A DNA stretch of 64,000 nucleotides. Source: an uncultured Chloroflexia bacterium. Lineage in GTDB: Bacteria; Chloroflexota; Anaerolineae; JAAYZQ01. Both the position numbers and the translations under genes were made by a program. The stretch is taken from positions 224,001 to 288,000 of the forward strand of contig CAVOXA010000009.1 of assembly GCA_963700285.1 (NCBI GenBank), read 5' to 3'. Shown in pieces: positions 17,696-28,580 of this stretch. The stretch's first letter is position 1. Every line of letters begins with the position of its first letter. The notes under the pieces are model-generated. The model was not told the DNA's origin. It ran no database searches and saw only the letters and a program-made list of their open reading frames with translations.

Positions 17696-19320
17696 ATGAA
17701 CAAGATACTGAGCGACAGACGCCTGGTACTTGCCCTTGCCGGTACCTTACTGCTGTTGGCCCTGGTGGTCAGCGCCTGTGGGCCTGGGGGTGGCACTACG
17801 GAGACCCTGGTCGTATTGATCGACAACGATGAAGGGCCGATCACACCAGCCAACTTTAACACCTTCATTGGCTATTATATGGGCGGCTGGGTATATGATC
17901 AACTGTTCGTCCGCTCAACGGACCTGATCTCAGTGCCCGCCCTGGCCACGGAGGCCGAATCAGAGCGACGATGGGCTGACCTGGGAGTATCACCTTGCGC
18001 GAGGACGTCAAGTGGCACGATGGCGAGCCCTTTACGGCGGATGACGTGGTCTTTACCTACAACTGGCTCAAGGCAGCCGGCCGGGCCCCAGCCCTGGAGG
18101 TGATGGACACCATCCAGGCCAACGGTGAGCATGGGGTGACCATCAGCCTGCAGGAGCCAAGTCCATTCTTCCTCGACGAGGCTCTGGCCCAGTACTATAT
18201 CATGCCCGAACACGTCTGGAAGGATCAGGAACCGGTCAGCGGGGAACTGAGCCAGTTCCAGGGCAAGATCGGCACGGGGCCTTACAGACTGCTGGAGATC
18301 GTTCCCGGTGAGTCATACACCTTCGAAGCGAACCCCGACTATTACCGCGGGGAACCACTGGTACAAAACCTGATCGCCAAGATCGTAAAGGACCGCACCC
18401 AGCAGTTCAACCAGCTTAAGGCTGGTGATGCGTCCGCTGTCCTGTCCTCAGTCCCCCCGTCGCTGGTGGAGGAGCTTGCCGGGACAGAAGGCATCGACCT
18501 AGCCCAAGGATCCGATTTCTTCAACTATGTGTTCTATGCCAACGGCTCCCGGCCCCCATTCGACAATCCAAAAGCACGGCAGGCCATAGCCCTGGCCATC
18601 GATGCCCAGAAGCTGGTGGATACCGTGTTGCTGGGACAGGGCATCCTACTGCCCGTGAGCTACTACCACCCGGACCTGCCCTGGGCCATAAACATTCCTG
18701 GTGAGTACAACCCGGAGGCGGCGAAGGCTTTGCTGGACGAAGCGGGTCTCGTGGACTCTGATGGCGACGGCATTCGGGAGGTCAATGGTGGGCCGGCCAG
18801 CTACGAGGTCCTTTGCGATATCAACAACACCGTAGAAGTGCGATCCACTGAGCTGATCGTTGACATGCTGAAGGACGTCGGCATCCAATCAGAGCAGCGC
18901 TGCATGGACATTGACACCGCGGTGACCTACATCTGGCCCAGCTTTGTGGCCGTGCCCGACCCCGAGTATGGCCTCGGAATCTGGGGCTGGTCTTCTGCCC
19001 CCCAGATCCAGCGCGGGTTCCTGCGTTTCCTGACCAACTGCAATCTCGAAGAGATTGGCTGGGCAAACTTGACGGGAACCTGCGACCCCACGCTGGACGA
19101 GCTTTTTGCCGAGTATGTGACCAACCCCGACCCGGCCCGGCAGGAGGAGCTGGCGAAGGCTATCCAGGAGCAGTTTGCCGAGACGCTGGTCTTTATCCCG
19201 ATCATGTCCCCCGGAGGCAATTTTGCCTATCGTCCTGCCGACTATGATGGCTGGCAGTATATGAAGGGGACAGGGATCATGACCCTGTGGTCCTTCTTGC
19301 CGGACGACGCGGCAGAATAG
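17696..19320 (+). CDS. Family 5 (Opp/Dpp/Nik-like) ABC substrate-binding lipoprotein; frameshift near 17970
   Basis: LVVSAC lipobox; PALA..., LREDVKWHDGEPFTADDVVFT, IGTGPY, ANPDYY, PPFDNPKARQAI. Confidence 0.9.
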
Positions 19321-19342
19321 GCGCGCCTGGTTTGCAGCCTAC

Positions 19343-20362
19343 GTGTCGAGCCTGACGCTGCGCTCGTTGAGAGAGGTCATCGATCCACAGATAAGTGGGT
19401 TTGAGGACTGCCTGATCAAGACCAGCGCAAGCCCGAGTACCGTCCACCGGGTGGCCCTGTCCTATCCACAGGGCCACCCGGGTGTGCGGTCGGTGATCGT
19501 CAAGTCGATCGCACCGGTCTGGTCCGGCGATCCCCACGGCCCGGATCGGGAAGCTGGCTTCTACACCAAACTGTTGCCTTGTCTGGATGTAGAATCCCCG
19601 GACGTGTATCATGTTGGTATCGAACCGAGGAGCCAGCGCCGCCTGATCGTGATGGAGGACATTTCGGCGAGCCACCGCTTCCCGCCGCCGACCCACCACT
19701 GGAAGCCAGACGAAGCGGAGTACATGGTCAAGGCCTACGCCCGGCTGCACGTGAACGGCCAGCGCTGCCTGCCACCAGAGAATGAGCGAGACTGGATGTG
19801 GCGCATGGCGCTCCACGAAAGAGATTGGGAGCCCGAGACACTGGCGGGCATGGTCTATGAAATCGCCGTCCAGGGGATGTGGGCGCCTGTGCCACGGATA
19901 GAGAAACTGATCGAGCGAACGCTGGCCGATCTCGCGCATTTTGCTCGCCATGCGCCGACCCTGCTGCACAACGACGTCTATCCACCGAACGTCGCGCTGC
20001 CGCTTGACCCAGGGGGCAAAGCAACACTTCTCGACTGGGAGATGGCTGGCTGGGGGCTGGCCGAGCTCGACCTGGCTTTTATGTTCCTGCAGCCGTTTCG
20101 TAGCGCTCAGTACCTCGATCGGGGCAAGGTGCTAGGCAACTACTGGGCGCAGCGCCAGGCGCTGGAGGGGGCATGTCCGCCTTTCGAGGAGCGGCAGGCT
20201 GTTCAGAGTCACGCCGACGCATTGTGGGCCCTATCTCTGATTCCAGTGGCCCACAGAGTGGCAGCCAAGCCATACCCCACCGGGTCCGCGCCCCAGGTCT
20301 ACTGGGAATCGATGTTTGGTGTGCTGCATGAGCGGTTATCCGACCTCTGTGGTAGGCTCTAA
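19343..20362 (+). CDS. Aminoglycoside/choline-kinase-like phosphotransferase (APH fold)
   Basis: VIVK, REAGFY, IVMED, LLHNDVYPPNV (Brenner motif), LLDWE, ELDLA. Confidence 0.85.
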   Translation: MSSLTLRSLREVIDPQISGFEDCLIKTSASPSTVHRVALSYPQGHPGVRSVIVKSIAPVWSGDPHGPDREAGFYTKLLPCLDVESPDVYHVGIEPRSQRRLIVMEDISASHRFPPPTHHWKPDEAEYMVKAYARLHVNGQRCLPPENERDWMWRMALHERDWEPETLAGMVYEIAVQGMWAPVPRIEKLIERTLADLAHFARHAPTLLHNDVYPPNVALPLDPGGKATLLDWEMAGWGLAELDLAFMFLQPFRSAQYLDRGKVLGNYWAQRQALEGACPPFEERQAVQSHADALWALSLIPVAHRVAAKPYPTGSAPQVYWESMFGVLHERLSDLCGRL

Positions 20363-20403
20363 CCAAGCTGCCGACAACGCAGCGACAGACTGAGATTGAT
20401 CCT

Positions 20404-21384
20404 GTGATGAGGAACCCCTTTCGCCGGCCAATTGTATACGCCATCACTTTTTTCCTGGCCATTACCCTAAATTTCTTCCTGCCGCGCCTGATGCCTGGGG
20501 ATCCGCTAGCGCTCATAGCTGGCAACGCCGTCCGCCAGATGAACGCCGAGCAGATCGCCAAGCTGCGCGACGTCCATGGGCTGGACAGACCGCTGGGCGA
20601 GCAGTACCTACGCTACCTGGGCCGGCTGGCTCGGGGCGACTTGGGCCAGTCCTATCGCTACAGCGGCGGTAAGACGGTGCTTCAGGTCCTGGCCGAGCGC
20701 TTTGTCTGGACCTTCTTTTTGGTGTCGGTCAGTCTCACCTTAGCCCTCGTCATCGGTTCCGCCCTGGGCGCGTGGGCTGCCTGGCAGCGGGGCCGGGCCA
20801 GCGACCTGGGTTTGCTGACCGGTCTTTTCACCCTGCGCGCGATGCCCAGTTTTTGGCTGGCCATGATGCTGATCCCTATCTTTGCCATCAGCCTGCGCAT
20901 CTTTCCCGCCGGGGATTCCTATTCATTCCCGCGCCCTACCGGTTGGGTGGCTGTGGCCGATGTACTGTGGCACGCGGTGCTGCCCATCACGGTCCTCATG
21001 CTGGCCTATATCCCGACGGCCTTTGCCATCATGCGCTCCTCGCTGCTGAGCGTGCTCAGCGGTACCTATGTACGTACCGCGCGGGCCAAGGGCCTGCCCG
21101 AAAGGACAGTCCTGTATCGCCACGCCATGCGCAACGCCCTGCTGCCCGTGCTCACAGCTTTTGCGCTGGACTTTGGGCAATTGCTGGGCGGCGTGCTGCT
21201 CATTGAAACGGTCTTTAACTACCGGGGCATGGGCAACATGATGTTTGAGGCTGTCAAGAGCCGGGACTATCCCTTGCTCCAGGGCGGGTTCCTGGTCTTT
21301 ACCTTGGGCGTGCTGATCATCAATTTGATCACCGATTGGCTATACACACGCTTGGACCCCCGCTTGAGAGGGGGTCGCGCATGA
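20404..21384 (+). CDS. OppB/DppB-type ABC permease
   Basis: LNFFLPRLMPGDP, GLDRPL.EQY, GDLGQS, YVRTARAKGL, IETVF, RDYPLLQG. Confidence 0.93.
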   Translation: MMRNPFRRPIVYAITFFLAITLNFFLPRLMPGDPLALIAGNAVRQMNAEQIAKLRDVHGLDRPLGEQYLRYLGRLARGDLGQSYRYSGGKTVLQVLAERFVWTFFLVSVSLTLALVIGSALGAWAAWQRGRASDLGLLTGLFTLRAMPSFWLAMMLIPIFAISLRIFPAGDSYSFPRPTGWVAVADVLWHAVLPITVLMLAYIPTAFAIMRSSLLSVLSGTYVRTARAKGLPERTVLYRHAMRNALLPVLTAFALDFGQLLGGVLLIETVFNYRGMGNMMFEAVKSRDYPLLQGGFLVFTLGVLIINLITDWLYTRLDPRLRGGRA

Positions 21385-22283
21385 GCGATGGTAATGAAAG
21401 GAGGGGTTGGTCGCTCTTGCCTCGCCGGCCAACCTCTCCGTCCCAGATCGAGCAGCGGATCCCGCGCCGGTTGTCCAGTTACGCTGGCATTCTCGGTTTT
21501 GCGACACTCACAGGGTTGATCCTGCTCGCGGTCGTTCCCGGCCTGGTGGCGCCCTATGATCCGGCAGAAACGGTAGGACGCCCCTTGCAGAGGCCCAACG
21601 GCCAGTTTCTATTGGGTACGAACGACATTGGCCAGGATCTGTTGAGCGAGCTGATCTGGGGCACCCGCGCCTCCCTCGCCATCGGCATCATCGTAGGATT
21701 TCTGGCCGTAGTTACGGGGACGATAGTGGGGCTGGTTGCCGGCTACACATCGGGAGTGCCAAGCGCCCTACTGATGCGCCTGACCGACCTCACCCTCGTC
21801 CTGCCCTTCTTGCCGCTGGTCATTCTGCTCAGCGCCTACGTGGGACCCAGCCAGGGCAACGTGATCCTGATCCTGGCCTTTGTATCCTGGGCCGGACCCG
21901 CACGCCTGATCCGATCCCGCGTGCTGTCCCTGCTCACTGAACCCTACATCGAGGCGGCCCAAGCCATAGGCTGTACGAGCCGGAGGATCTTGATGATTCA
22001 CGTCTGGCCTGGCGTGCGGTTCATCGCTCTGGTGCAGTTGCTCCTGGTCGCCAGCGCCGCCATCCTGGCCGAGGCCAGTCTCAGTTTTCTGGGTCTGGGC
22101 GATCCGTCGGCCAAGAGCTGGGGAACCATGCTCTATTTTGCCCGGGCCAGCGGTGCGTTCCTCACCGATGCCTGGCGTTGGTGGGTGCTGCCCGCCGGTG
22201 TGATGATCACCTTGACGGTCCTCAGCCTGGCACTCATTGGCTATACCGCCGAAGAGGTCCTGGAGCCAGGGTTGCGCACATAG
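21381..22283 (+). CDS. OppC/DppC-type ABC permease
   Basis: LLGTNDIGQDLLSELIWGTRASL, YIEAAQAIG, EASLSFLGLG, SWGTML. Confidence 0.93.
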   Translation: MSDGNERRGWSLLPRRPTSPSQIEQRIPRRLSSYAGILGFATLTGLILLAVVPGLVAPYDPAETVGRPLQRPNGQFLLGTNDIGQDLLSELIWGTRASLAIGIIVGFLAVVTGTIVGLVAGYTSGVPSALLMRLTDLTLVLPFLPLVILLSAYVGPSQGNVILILAFVSWAGPARLIRSRVLSLLTEPYIEAAQAIGCTSRRILMIHVWPGVRFIALVQLLLVASAAILAEASLSFLGLGDPSAKSWGTMLYFARASGAFLTDAWRWWVLPAGVMITLTVLSLALIGYTAEEVLEPGLRT

Positions 22284-22466
22284 CCAGTCCATGCTAACAT
22301 GACCACGAGACCGTTGGAATGATGCTGTATGCAAGCCGGTGGGAAAATCATTTTTGCCCATCCGATCTGTCATGTCCTCACTGGCGGACATGACAAGCGA
22401 TCTTGTGGTTGTTCCGCCGAACTTGATACGCTACCATTGGAGAAGAATGGAGAGGCCCTGAACAAA

Positions 22467-23801
22467 ATGTCCAAGCCCGCAGCCACCTGTCATTTGACCC
22501 CTGAAGAGGACTTTCTCTGGAACTGTGCTCGCCAGTGGCGTGCCCCGTCGATGCCTGCGTGTACTGCCCAGCTTGATTGGCAGCGACTCATCGAGATGAG
22601 TCGCTGGAATCGGATGCAAATCCTCCTCCATAGGGTACTCGCTGGAACCGGCCTGCTGGATGACCTGCCAGCCGGGGCAATGGCGCTGCTCCGCGAGGAC
22701 ATCGACCGCTATACAGAGAATGCCGAAATCCTGGGGCGGGGGCTGCGACGCTACTTATCCCTTGCGGGACAGCGGGGCGTCGAAACCGTGGTCCTCAAGG
22801 GGCTCTCCGTCTCGATCAAGATCTACGGCGATCCGTCCATACGGCCGGGCGGTGACGTTGATCTCCTGGTCCGCAAGGATCAAGTGGACGCCTGCGTGGC
22901 TGTGCTGGAGGAAATGGGGCTGGGTCGCTATTGGCCCCATCTCATGGACGACGCCTACTATGGGCGCCATCACCTCCACCAGCAGAGGTGCTCGAAGGAC
23001 ACCAAGATCTGGTTCGAGGCCCATTGGGCCCTGGATCATCCCTACACGCTGCTGACCATCGACTACGAAGCGCTGATGGACAGAACCACCCCGGGCGAGC
23101 TGCTGGGAGGTTCTGTGCGGGACCTGGCCCCCCCTGATCTGCTGCTGAGCCTGGCCGCGCACCTGGTCAAACACGCCGTTTACCTGCCCAGCGCAGTGGA
23201 TCGGCCCGATCTACGCCGCATCATCCTGGCCGACGGCATGCTGATGTACTTTGTGGATGTCGCCGAGGCCGTCAAGAGGTACGACGATGAGATCGACTGG
23301 CCCTTCCTGATAGCGCTGGCCCAAGCATCGGGGGCAACCACGATCCTGGGTTCGGTGCTCCGCATCTGCCGCGACCATCTGGAGGCCGCCGTGCCCGGCT
23401 TTGTGGTGGACGAGCTGCCGATACGCGCGCCCAAGGGTTTAACGGCCCGGATGATGAAACGGCTGATCGACTATCAAGTGGCGACGCACCAAGGGCAGGA
23501 TCGCAGCCGCTTCTGGGATTTTATGTTGATGACCGACGAGTCCTTCATCCTGCGCCCCATTCGCGCACTGGATACGGCAGCCTACTTTGTGCCTGGTTCG
23601 GATTTCCTGGAACGCCGCTACGGAGGAGCATCGTGGGCACACGCGGCTGGCCACGTGGCCCGGGCTACAGAGCAATACGCCCGCCTTGGTGTAGACACCG
23701 CCTACTACAGTTGGAGACGGAACCGGCGCCGCAAATCCCTGGCCCAGAGCGCTCCAGCGGCTGACGTGCCATCAGGCGATCCTTTGGCCGGCAGCGACTA
23801 G
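22467..23801 (+). CDS. Nucleotidyltransferase family protein (NTP_transf_5 type)
   Basis: VVLKG, YG.P..RPGGDVDLLV, FEAHW motifs. Confidence 0.85.
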   Translation: MSKPAATCHLTPEEDFLWNCARQWRAPSMPACTAQLDWQRLIEMSRWNRMQILLHRVLAGTGLLDDLPAGAMALLREDIDRYTENAEILGRGLRRYLSLAGQRGVETVVLKGLSVSIKIYGDPSIRPGGDVDLLVRKDQVDACVAVLEEMGLGRYWPHLMDDAYYGRHHLHQQRCSKDTKIWFEAHWALDHPYTLLTIDYEALMDRTTPGELLGGSVRDLAPPDLLLSLAAHLVKHAVYLPSAVDRPDLRRIILADGMLMYFVDVAEAVKRYDDEIDWPFLIALAQASGATTILGSVLRICRDHLEAAVPGFVVDELPIRAPKGLTARMMKRLIDYQVATHQGQDRSRFWDFMLMTDESFILRPIRALDTAAYFVPGSDFLERRYGGASWAHAAGHVARATEQYARLGVDTAYYSWRRNRRRKSLAQSAPAADVPSGDPLAGSD

Positions 23802-23818
23802 GAGAGCCAGCAACCATC

Positions 23819-25138
23819 GTGGCAGCGCTCAAGGGCAGCATTCTTGGTGCCTGGAGGCTTGTCTCGCCTGCAGCCCGGCAGACAGCCTTTCTCTTTGGTG
23901 TAGACTCGTTCACCAACATCGTGGACTATGGATTTCACGTCTTTCTGAGCAGGGCGCTCCTGCCAGGACAGTTTGCTGTCGTGCAGACCATCAATGCGGT
24001 CTTTCTCATCCTGGTCACAGCTTTTGGCGTGACGCAGCCGGTGATGGCCCGCTTTGTGGCCGAATCGGAAATAGGGGACGATGGCGCAGCCACTGCCGGC
24101 GGTCCACCGAGCCGGGTCATCTTCCAGCGCTTTTTTCGCTTCAGTGCTATTCTGGGCCTGCTCTTGGCGGGTTTGGTCTGGCTGGGACGGCATCCGGTGG
24201 GTCAGTGGCTGAACGTGCCAAGCGCTGCGGTGGGCTTGGGGGCGACCATGATCTTGCTGGCTCTACTGCGACCCGTGGTGGGCGGCATGCTTCAAGGAGC
24301 ACAGCGCTTCGTGGCCTTTGGCTCGACGCGCTCCATCCACGCCGTGGGCCGTCTTGTGACAGGCGTGATCCTGATCAGTCTGGGCGGTGGCGCCCTGGCT
24401 GCCATCGCGGCTTTCCCCATCGGCGGCGCCCTGGCCTTGTTGGGGGGGCTGCTCTTCCTGGGCATGGCGGTCTGGCGGCCGGGTGCCCCGCCACAGAAGC
24501 AACTCTGGCGCGACGTCTTTCGACTATCCGCCGCCGCCTTCGTCGCCTTTGCGGCTTATATGAGCATGATGAACAGCGATCTGATCTGGGTGAACCGCAG
24601 TTACTCGGGTGAGATAGCCGGAGCCTATGCTTCCGCCGTCCTGTTGCGTAGGGTCATGGCTTTGTTGCCTGGCGCGGTTTTGGTGGTCATGTACCCACGG
24701 GTAGTGACCCGGGTGAGCAATGGGCAACTGCCAGACTCGATCTTGTGGAAGGCGAGTGCCGTGATCTGCGCATCCACTCTCGCGCTCACCGGACTTTATG
24801 TCTCCTTCGGCCCAACCATCATGACCGCCGCTTTCGGCCAGGCATACGGCACTGCCGCCCCCTTGCTAGGATGGATGGGGGTGGGCATGCTGGGCTATGG
24901 ACTGGCCTCCATCTGGATGAACCTCTACCTGGCGACGCGGCCGCTACCTTATGTGAGCCTGTTGGCAGCGATGGCCGTAGCGCAACACCTTCTGCTGGCA
25001 AGTTTCCAGGAGAACGTCCGCCAGGCAACGGCCATCTTTGTATCAAGTGGCTGGGTACTGGCCTTGGGCGGCCTGCTGATCTACCTGTTTGTGCTGCGCC
25101 CGCACCTGATCCGGACACCAAGCGAAGGCAAGTCTTGA
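23819..25138 (+). CDS. Wzx/MATE-like oligosaccharide flippase
   Basis: About 12 TM segments; LQGAQRF, NSDLIWV, AGAYASA, V.YPRV motifs. Confidence 0.8.
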   Translation: MAALKGSILGAWRLVSPAARQTAFLFGVDSFTNIVDYGFHVFLSRALLPGQFAVVQTINAVFLILVTAFGVTQPVMARFVAESEIGDDGAATAGGPPSRVIFQRFFRFSAILGLLLAGLVWLGRHPVGQWLNVPSAAVGLGATMILLALLRPVVGGMLQGAQRFVAFGSTRSIHAVGRLVTGVILISLGGGALAAIAAFPIGGALALLGGLLFLGMAVWRPGAPPQKQLWRDVFRLSAAAFVAFAAYMSMMNSDLIWVNRSYSGEIAGAYASAVLLRRVMALLPGAVLVVMYPRVVTRVSNGQLPDSILWKASAVICASTLALTGLYVSFGPTIMTAAFGQAYGTAAPLLGWMGVGMLGYGLASIWMNLYLATRPLPYVSLLAAMAVAQHLLLASFQENVRQATAIFVSSGWVLALGGLLIYLFVLRPHLIRTPSEGKS

Positions 25139-25141
25139 AAC

Positions 25142-26185
25142 ATGGATATTGACACACTTTACGACAGCCACAAGGATCACCTGGAGGATTTCTGGTCGCG
25201 ACGGCAGAACCGGGCCCGTTTTGTCCGGAAGGTAATGCTGTTCGACCGGACCGTTGTACTGCGCAGCAATGATGAGCCGGTATTGGCCGCTATTGAAACC
25301 TGCCTTCCCCAGTACTCCAGGGCGCGCCAGGCAGGGCTGCCAGACTTTTCTATCCAGATCGTGGTTCACGCTGCCCCCCAGAGTCCTGGCGCCGCACCCG
25401 ACGATCTAATCGACTACATACAGTATACAGGCAACGAGCAATGGCTCGCAATGCAATTGGGTGCCTGGGGACACTGCCATGTAGACCTGGCCCGAGGCGA
25501 AGCGGTGGCAGTTCTGACCCCCCAACTGGCCCAGCGGCCCGACCTCGTCGGCCGCTGTCTGCTCAACACGATTATCACCAACTTTTTCATCGCCAGCGGC
25601 TACGCGATGCTGCATGCATGCTGTCTCTATCATCAGGGGCGGGCTGTGCTCTTGATGGCTACCCACAACAGCGGAAAATCGACGACCGCACTACGTCTGG
25701 CCCTGGCCGGCTACCCGTTGCTGTCGGACAGTATGATCTTTCTGACGCCGGGCGGTGACAGGCCGCAGTTGCTGGGCTTTCCGGTGGGCCGGATCAAGCT
25801 GCGCCGGGATATGGTGCCCGCTTTTCCAGAAGTAGAAGCTCTGCTGGCGCCGGAAATGGTTCGTGGTGAGACAAAGTACAGTTTTGACCTGCGCCAGCTT
25901 GACCCAGCGCTGGTCTGCGAGGAAGCGGCTACCCCTGCCGCCATGGATCTCTGCCTGCTGACCCGCGGCAGCGGCAGCGACACCCAGCTATCGCCAGCCT
26001 CCAGGCAAGCCGTAGAAACCAGCATCATGGAAAATAGCTTGTTCTACGATACGTGGCAGGTCTGGCGCCGAAACTTGGTCAGCATCGAGCAGATCGTGGA
26101 CGTGGCAGGGTGGCACCATCTGGTCATCGGCAGAGACCCGGAGCAGGTCGTCGCAGCGGTTCGAGGTTTGTGGAGAGCGCCTTGA
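25142..26185 (+). CDS. HPr-kinase-related P-loop kinase
   Basis: LHACCL..QGRAVLL + ATHNSGKSTT Walker A + LLSDS. Confidence 0.75.
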   Translation: MDIDTLYDSHKDHLEDFWSRRQNRARFVRKVMLFDRTVVLRSNDEPVLAAIETCLPQYSRARQAGLPDFSIQIVVHAAPQSPGAAPDDLIDYIQYTGNEQWLAMQLGAWGHCHVDLARGEAVAVLTPQLAQRPDLVGRCLLNTIITNFFIASGYAMLHACCLYHQGRAVLLMATHNSGKSTTALRLALAGYPLLSDSMIFLTPGGDRPQLLGFPVGRIKLRRDMVPAFPEVEALLAPEMVRGETKYSFDLRQLDPALVCEEAATPAAMDLCLLTRGSGSDTQLSPASRQAVETSIMENSLFYDTWQVWRRNLVSIEQIVDVAGWHHLVIGRDPEQVVAAVRGLWRAP

Positions 26186-28140
26186 ACGCCTTTGCCCGAC
26201 TGCACCAGCGCCTCGTGGATTCTGGAGAAGCTGGGTCACCTGGTCCTTTGTCCCGGCAGCGATTCTTTGTTCTCCTGGTCATAGGCTGCGCGCTCCTGGT
26301 CTTTGTGATCACCTACTTTGCACGGGTTTCCTACTCGAGATCGGATCCTCTACCCAGCCTCCTGGTATCCCAAGCCATATTGCAGCAACACACAATCAGA
26401 CTCGATGCCTACATGGACTCGCCAATCCTGGAGCGGCCGGGATTTACCGCAAAAGCTGAAAATGGACACAACTACTACTACTGGCCCCTCGGTCCCTCCG
26501 TCTATTCGATCCCCTTTGTGTGGCTGGCGAATCTGTATGGAAAGGATATGGCTGAGCCTAACCAGAACGATTGGGTACAGAACCTGATCGCTGCTGGCCT
26601 GTGCTCCCTGGTATTTGTCATCCTCTACAAGATCTGCCGGCGATTTGTCAGCCCTGGGGCCAGCCTGGTGATAGCAGCGGTCTCCACGTTCGGGAGTGCG
26701 CTCATCAGCACCATGGGGACAGCACTCTGGAACATTGACTATGCCGTGCTCTTTATCGCGCTGGCCCTCCTGCAGCTTATCTACCTCGAAACGGGAGAAC
26801 CAGAACAGACCAATCCTACCCTTCTCGGCGGGCTACTCTTCTGCGCCTTTTTCTCCCGACCTTCTACCTTGACTTTTATCTTGGTTACCCTCGTCTTTCT
26901 GCTGCTCAGACACCGCCGGGTCTTTGCCAAGGCCGCAGCCGTGGCCCTTGTTCTGCTGGTCGGCTTCCTGGCATTCTCCTGGCTGGAGTACGGGCAACCC
27001 TTCCCCGACTATTACTCGGTGGGCAGGCTGCAGGTAGATAGGGGCCCGCTCTGGGTGGCCCTTTACGGGCATTTCCTCAGCCCTTCGAGGGGCATTTTGA
27101 TCTACAGTCCTTTTTCCGCCCTGCTGCTGGCCGGTGTTTTGGCATCCTTCTGGAGCCTGCGCCGGGATCCCTTGTTCTGGTTCGGCGCTACCTGGTTTGG
27201 CCTGCACATTGTCGTTGTCTCGAGGTCCACTATCTGGTGGGGGGGACATTCCTACGGGCCCAGGATCCTGACGGAGGTGATCCCGGCCCTGGTTCTGTTC
27301 ACAGCCCTCCTGTGGCGCGCCGTCTCCCGGAAGTACAGCCTGCGCGTGCAGAAAGCCGTTGTGGCCAGCTACATCCTCCTTGGACTGGCCGCGGTATTCA
27401 TCAACAGCTATCAGGGCCTCTATAATCCCAGTACACAGCGCTGGAATGGTACGGGACTGGATCCCAACGTGGCCTATTCTGCCTACGTACTCGATTGGCG
27501 ATATCCACAGTTCACGGCTACCTACCCAGCCATTTGCGCTCGAAATCGCGAACTTTTGTCCCACGCGCTCGAACGCGGCGCCTTTGACCTGGCAACCTAC
27601 AAACCGGGCGACACGATCACCTATGCCAGCGGCATCGACATCATCCCTCCCACACCAGTCATGTCGACGGAGGCCGTGAGCCAGGTTCCGGACGAGTGGC
27701 TTGTCCCCCACTCGCACCAGGTCTTGCTCCCTGCCATCTCTTTTGCACGAGAGAATGCCATCTTTGTTGGCTGGTCAGAGGCGAGGAATGGTACTCGCTG
27801 GTCCGAATGTACGGAAGCTGGCATCGTCTTTGAGCTCGGAGAGGTGGATCTTGAGGATCAGCCATATTTGCTCGAGATCTCGGCCGGGTCGCTGGGTGTG
27901 CAGAGGGCGAGCGTCTACCTCAACGGGGTTGGCATCGGTAATCTCGTCTTCCCGGGACCTGTGACGGCGCCCAGCAGGCGCACGATCCCGTTCGATGGGG
28001 CGCTTCTTGACCCAAACGGCCTGAACGAAATCAGATTCCACCTGCCCGACGCCAGGTCGCCAAACAGACGCGACCCGCGCATTCTGGGTTTGACCTTGAT
28101 GGACCTGCGCATTGACACTACCAGCGAAGTCGAGCCATAG
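26182..28140 (+). CDS. GT-C-like polytopic membrane transferase with C-terminal extracellular beta domain
   Basis: SD in first loop, many TM helices, SRP, SPSRGILIYSP, WWGGHSYGPR; C-terminal GWS..E..RWS domain ending DPRILG; start codon uncertain. Confidence 0.7.
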   Translation: MNAFARLHQRLVDSGEAGSPGPLSRQRFFVLLVIGCALLVFVITYFARVSYSRSDPLPSLLVSQAILQQHTIRLDAYMDSPILERPGFTAKAENGHNYYYWPLGPSVYSIPFVWLANLYGKDMAEPNQNDWVQNLIAAGLCSLVFVILYKICRRFVSPGASLVIAAVSTFGSALISTMGTALWNIDYAVLFIALALLQLIYLETGEPEQTNPTLLGGLLFCAFFSRPSTLTFILVTLVFLLLRHRRVFAKAAAVALVLLVGFLAFSWLEYGQPFPDYYSVGRLQVDRGPLWVALYGHFLSPSRGILIYSPFSALLLAGVLASFWSLRRDPLFWFGATWFGLHIVVVSRSTIWWGGHSYGPRILTEVIPALVLFTALLWRAVSRKYSLRVQKAVVASYILLGLAAVFINSYQGLYNPSTQRWNGTGLDPNVAYSAYVLDWRYPQFTATYPAICARNRELLSHALERGAFDLATYKPGDTITYASGIDIIPPTPVMSTEAVSQVPDEWLVPHSHQVLLPAISFARENAIFVGWSEARNGTRWSECTEAGIVFELGEVDLEDQPYLLEISAGSLGVQRASVYLNGVGIGNLVFPGPVTAPSRRTIPFDGALLDPNGLNEIRFHLPDARSPNRRDPRILGLTLMDLRIDTTSEVEP

Positions 28141-28176
28141 CGCGCTCGTCTCTGTCTGGAATGGAGGAGGCAGACC

Positions 28177-28578
28177 ATGACCGTACAACTGGACATTCGT
28201 ACCCGGACCCAGAGCGAGCTCCAGGATATCACGGCTGAAGTGCAGCGCGCCCTGGCTGAGACCGGCGTACAGCAAGGGGTCTGCCACATCTTTGTGCCCC
28301 ATACGACGGCGGGGGTAACGCTCAACGAGAACTGGGACCGTGATGTCAGGGGCGACCTATTGCGCGCTTTGGTGGCGATGGTCCCTGATGTGCCCTACCA
28401 TCACGGCGAGGGAAACTCGCCGGCGCACCTCATGTCCACGCTGGTGGGGGCCAGCGAGACGCTGCTGATCGAGGGGGGCAGGCTGGTACTCGGGAGCTGG
28501 CAAGGGGTGTATCTGGCCGAGTTCGACGGTCCTCGCCAAAGGCGGGTGTTGGTCAAGATGGTACCTGACGTATCGTAG
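28177..28578 (+). CDS. yjbQ: YjbQ/UPF0047 family protein
   Basis: PHTTAGVTLNEN, HGEGNSPAH, LGSWQG.Y..EFDGPR.R. Confidence 0.92.
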   Translation: MTVQLDIRTRTQSELQDITAEVQRALAETGVQQGVCHIFVPHTTAGVTLNENWDRDVRGDLLRALVAMVPDVPYHHGEGNSPAHLMSTLVGASETLLIEGGRLVLGSWQGVYLAEFDGPRQRRVLVKMVPDVS

Positions 28579-28580
28579 GC

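Noticed and set aside
22467-26185. Lasso peptide biosynthetic cluster
   Set aside because: No asparagine-synthetase-like cyclase, B2 peptidase, PqqD/RRE or precursor ORF is visible; kept only as an orphan tailoring-like operon.
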